A stretch of DNA of 64,000 bases. Origin: a virus. Lineage: Duplodnaviria; Caudoviricetes. The position numbers and the translations under genes are program-made. The DNA is taken from the IMG/VR virus record IMGVR_UViG_3300017722_002753, positions 1-64,000 of that record. The stretch is one strand, 5' to 3'. How positions within the stretch are numbered: the stretch's first letter is position 1; each line of letters begins with the position of its first letter. The notes under the pieces were generated by a model. That model was not told the DNA's origin. It worked only from the letters and a program-made list of their open reading frames with translations, and ran no database searches. Positions 61,944 through 64,000 of this stretch are shown piece by piece.

Positions 61944-63443
61944 ATGACAGTTACATTCACATTAAACTCAATATATTTGGGTACGGAAGCGGGGCCATTT
62001 AATATATCAGGAACGACCGATTCAAACGCTACCACAGAATTAACAACAAATTTAAGTCTTGCTAGCTTGACCTCTGGTTACACTATTAGTGGAATCGACG
62101 ATAACACAACAGGATTTACGATACAAAGTGTTGGAACATGTGTAAACTACATCGTTAAACCCGTATCACAAATTATACCTTACGCACCTTGTACCGACGG
62201 TATGGACGTTGTATTCTTAGTTGACTATACAGGTAGTATGGGTGGTGCAATCAATGGAGTTAAAACATCAATTGCTAACATCGCATCAACAATTGTTACC
62301 GAGTCAAATAGTAACTATAGATTAGGTTTGGTTATTTTTGATGAATATGCAAGTGCAACTAATTCAAATTATGATGATAAAATTGCATACACATCATTAC
62401 CATTGGCTCAAAGACACATTAACACTGGAGTACCACCATTTTATCAGTGGATAACTGCGGTTGAAGTAATGTCATCAAATAACGAAGCATCATTTACAAC
62501 TCAATTAAATAAATTAAACACAGTTGATTTTCCGTTAGGTGATGGTCAAAATGCACCTGAACCATCTGACATGGGTGTTGATTTAGTTGGTTTAGAAAGT
62601 TTTGCGGGAGCATTTAGAAACAACGTAGCTAGATTAATAGTATTGATTACCGATAATACTCCAGGTGGTGACGATGACACTTACAATGCAACTGACGTTA
62701 ATTTTGTAAATGGTTTAATTCCACAATTAGTTAATCAAGGAGTTAGAGTTTTATTAATGACAACCGCAGGAACTAACGTACTTTACGATTTAGCAACTGG
62801 AACTAATGGTGTAGTATCTGCAGGTTTCTCTGGTTCAGATATTATAACTGCAATTGAAGAAGTATGCGTTCCTCAATATCAATATACCGTTCTTCTTAAC
62901 GAAAACCCAACATTAGAACAAACATGTAACAACGATGGTTCAGGTGGTAATAGTTCATTATTTAGTACGTCAAATGCGTTAAGTATTGGTGATATATTAT
63001 ATTACTCAGCTTCTCCGGGTACATATTACGTAACTAGTAACGAAGGTTATTCGGTAAAAATTACAAATACAACAACAGGTACTGTATATGCTGTTGAGTT
63101 TGATTTAAATACGGGTGTAATAACTGCCGTACAAGAATGTACCGCACCATCGGCAACCCCAACTCCAACGGCAACCACCTCTTTTGATAGTGAATTTGTT
63201 GCGTTCGGTTCAAATAGAACAATTGCTTGTGACGAGTTAACTAGTCCAAGTACAACTGTTTACTTCACAGCTGCGGATTGGAACTCAATTCAATTAGGGG
63301 ATGTTTTATATACTTCCGACTTAGTAACACCTGTAGCTAATGGGTATTACTATAACGTATCAGCAACACAATATTTGGAAGTTGTTAGAATGTTAGGTGG
63401 TGAAGTAATAGCAATTACCAACTGTGCAGGAGCAACCGCATAA
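61944..63443 (+). CDS. von Willebrand factor A (vWA) domain virion protein
   Basis: DVVFLVDYTGSM (MIDAS DxTxS), RLGLVIFDE, LIVLITDN; preceded by TATTTATA at 61914-61921. Confidence 0.8.
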   Translation: MTVTFTLNSIYLGTEAGPFNISGTTDSNATTELTTNLSLASLTSGYTISGIDDNTTGFTIQSVGTCVNYIVKPVSQIIPYAPCTDGMDVVFLVDYTGSMGGAINGVKTSIANIASTIVTESNSNYRLGLVIFDEYASATNSNYDDKIAYTSLPLAQRHINTGVPPFYQWITAVEVMSSNNEASFTTQLNKLNTVDFPLGDGQNAPEPSDMGVDLVGLESFAGAFRNNVARLIVLITDNTPGGDDDTYNATDVNFVNGLIPQLVNQGVRVLLMTTAGTNVLYDLATGTNGVVSAGFSGSDIITAIEEVCVPQYQYTVLLNENPTLEQTCNNDGSGGNSSLFSTSNALSIGDILYYSASPGTYYVTSNEGYSVKITNTTTGTVYAVEFDLNTGVITAVQECTAPSATPTPTATTSFDSEFVAFGSNRTIACDELTSPSTTVYFTAADWNSIQLGDVLYTSDLVTPVANGYYYNVSATQYLEVVRMLGGEVIAITNCAGATA

Positions 63444-63468
63444 TTTTCAACACATTAAATAATAATTT

Positions 63469-63498
63469 AAAAACCCCATTTAATATATGGGGTTTTTT
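63469..63498 (+). terminator. Rho-independent terminator, possibly bidirectional
   Basis: AAAAACCCCAT-ttaatat-ATGGGGTTTTT perfect 11-bp stem. Confidence 0.8.
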
Positions 63499-63531
63499 GT
63501 TTAAATTTTAAGTGGTTGTATTTATAGTATT

Positions 63532-63990
63532 ATGGGATTAAACATTAGAATTCACGACATTAACGTACCCGCTTCATTCGAGTTATTTTACAAAACAGGT
63601 AATACGCCTGGTAATATGACTGTGATTGAAAATGGTTACACACAATTTGGTGGAATATATCCATCGAGTACTAATGAAGTTGTTTTCACTGATGCAACGT
63701 TTAACACCCAATATTGGTTTAAGATTCAATATACAGGAGTAACAGGACAAGAAAATTCGGTAGGTTATATCATTGAAAATATTAAAACACACCAACCTGT
63801 AGGTCACATTTATTATGCACTACATTGTTGTGATTTTTCAGGTGGAACTGCAGAGTTTTACACAGGATGTACGTTCTCAGGAGGTATGGTTGTTTACGGT
63901 GTAAGTTTAGACCCAACCGCAACCCCGACAGCAACTGCGCTCGATTGTTCATTTGCTTCAGGTTCTGTGGTATATAATTCATCGACTTAA
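63532..63990 (+). CDS. Small structural protein with three C-x-F-(S/A)-(G/S)-G modules
   Basis: Preceded by TATTTATA at 63519-63526; contains CDFSGG, CTFSGG and CSFASG. Confidence 0.6.
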   Translation: MGLNIRIHDINVPASFELFYKTGNTPGNMTVIENGYTQFGGIYPSSTNEVVFTDATFNTQYWFKIQYTGVTGQENSVGYIIENIKTHQPVGHIYYALHCCDFSGGTAEFYTGCTFSGGMVVYGVSLDPTATPTATALDCSFASGSVVYNSST

Positions 63991-64000
63991 TTAAAATAAA

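Noticed and set aside
1-64000. Stop-codon reassignment, as in some large phages
   Set aside because: Conserved genes (polB, nrdA, nrdB, sheath, helicases) are full length in the standard code. TAA, TAG and TGA all occur at plausible gene ends.
1-64000. tRNA or rRNA genes, integrase, transposase
   Set aside because: No cloverleaf or T-loop signature in the short intergenic gaps, and no recombinase or transposase motifs in the ORFs.

Overview
This AT-rich, densely coding window is read in the standard genetic code and comes from a large contractile-tailed (T4-like architecture) dsDNA bacteriophage. The host is most likely Bacteroidota, inferred from SprB-type repeats, an SSB tail ending in DLPF, a TAnnTTTG promoter-like element and a eukaryote-like NrdA. 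A neck/tail/baseplate morphogenesis module (gp13-, gp14- and gp15-like neck, sheath, tube, chaperone, tape measure, hub, gp53/gp25/gp6/gp7-like wedge, fibre and adhesin proteins) is interleaved with a replication module (family B polymerase, SNF2 helicase, gp32-like SSB, UvsX/RecA, 5'-3' exonuclease, DnaB-like helicase, NrdB, NrdA). No capsid, portal, terminase, tRNA, CRISPR array or integrase was seen. Five observations stand out. (1) A 14/16 match to the bacterial chromosomal parS centromere sits in a palindrome- and repeat-dense non-coding block between the sheath and tube genes. (2) The tail chaperone gene has a candidate +1 (or -2) programmed frameshift at UUU_CGU_C. (3) A TATTTAT(A/T) motif, the reverse complement of the T4 late promoter, lies in front of 12 mostly virion-associated genes. 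(4) An unannotated 54-aa ribbon-helix-helix gene diverges from the sheath gene. (5) An adhesin-like gene cluster is built from repeated Cys-led beta-strand modules on Pro/Thr linkers, proline-free Gly-X-X repeats, SprB repeats and a vWA domain. All product calls come from motif recognition and synteny by eye; no database searches were run.
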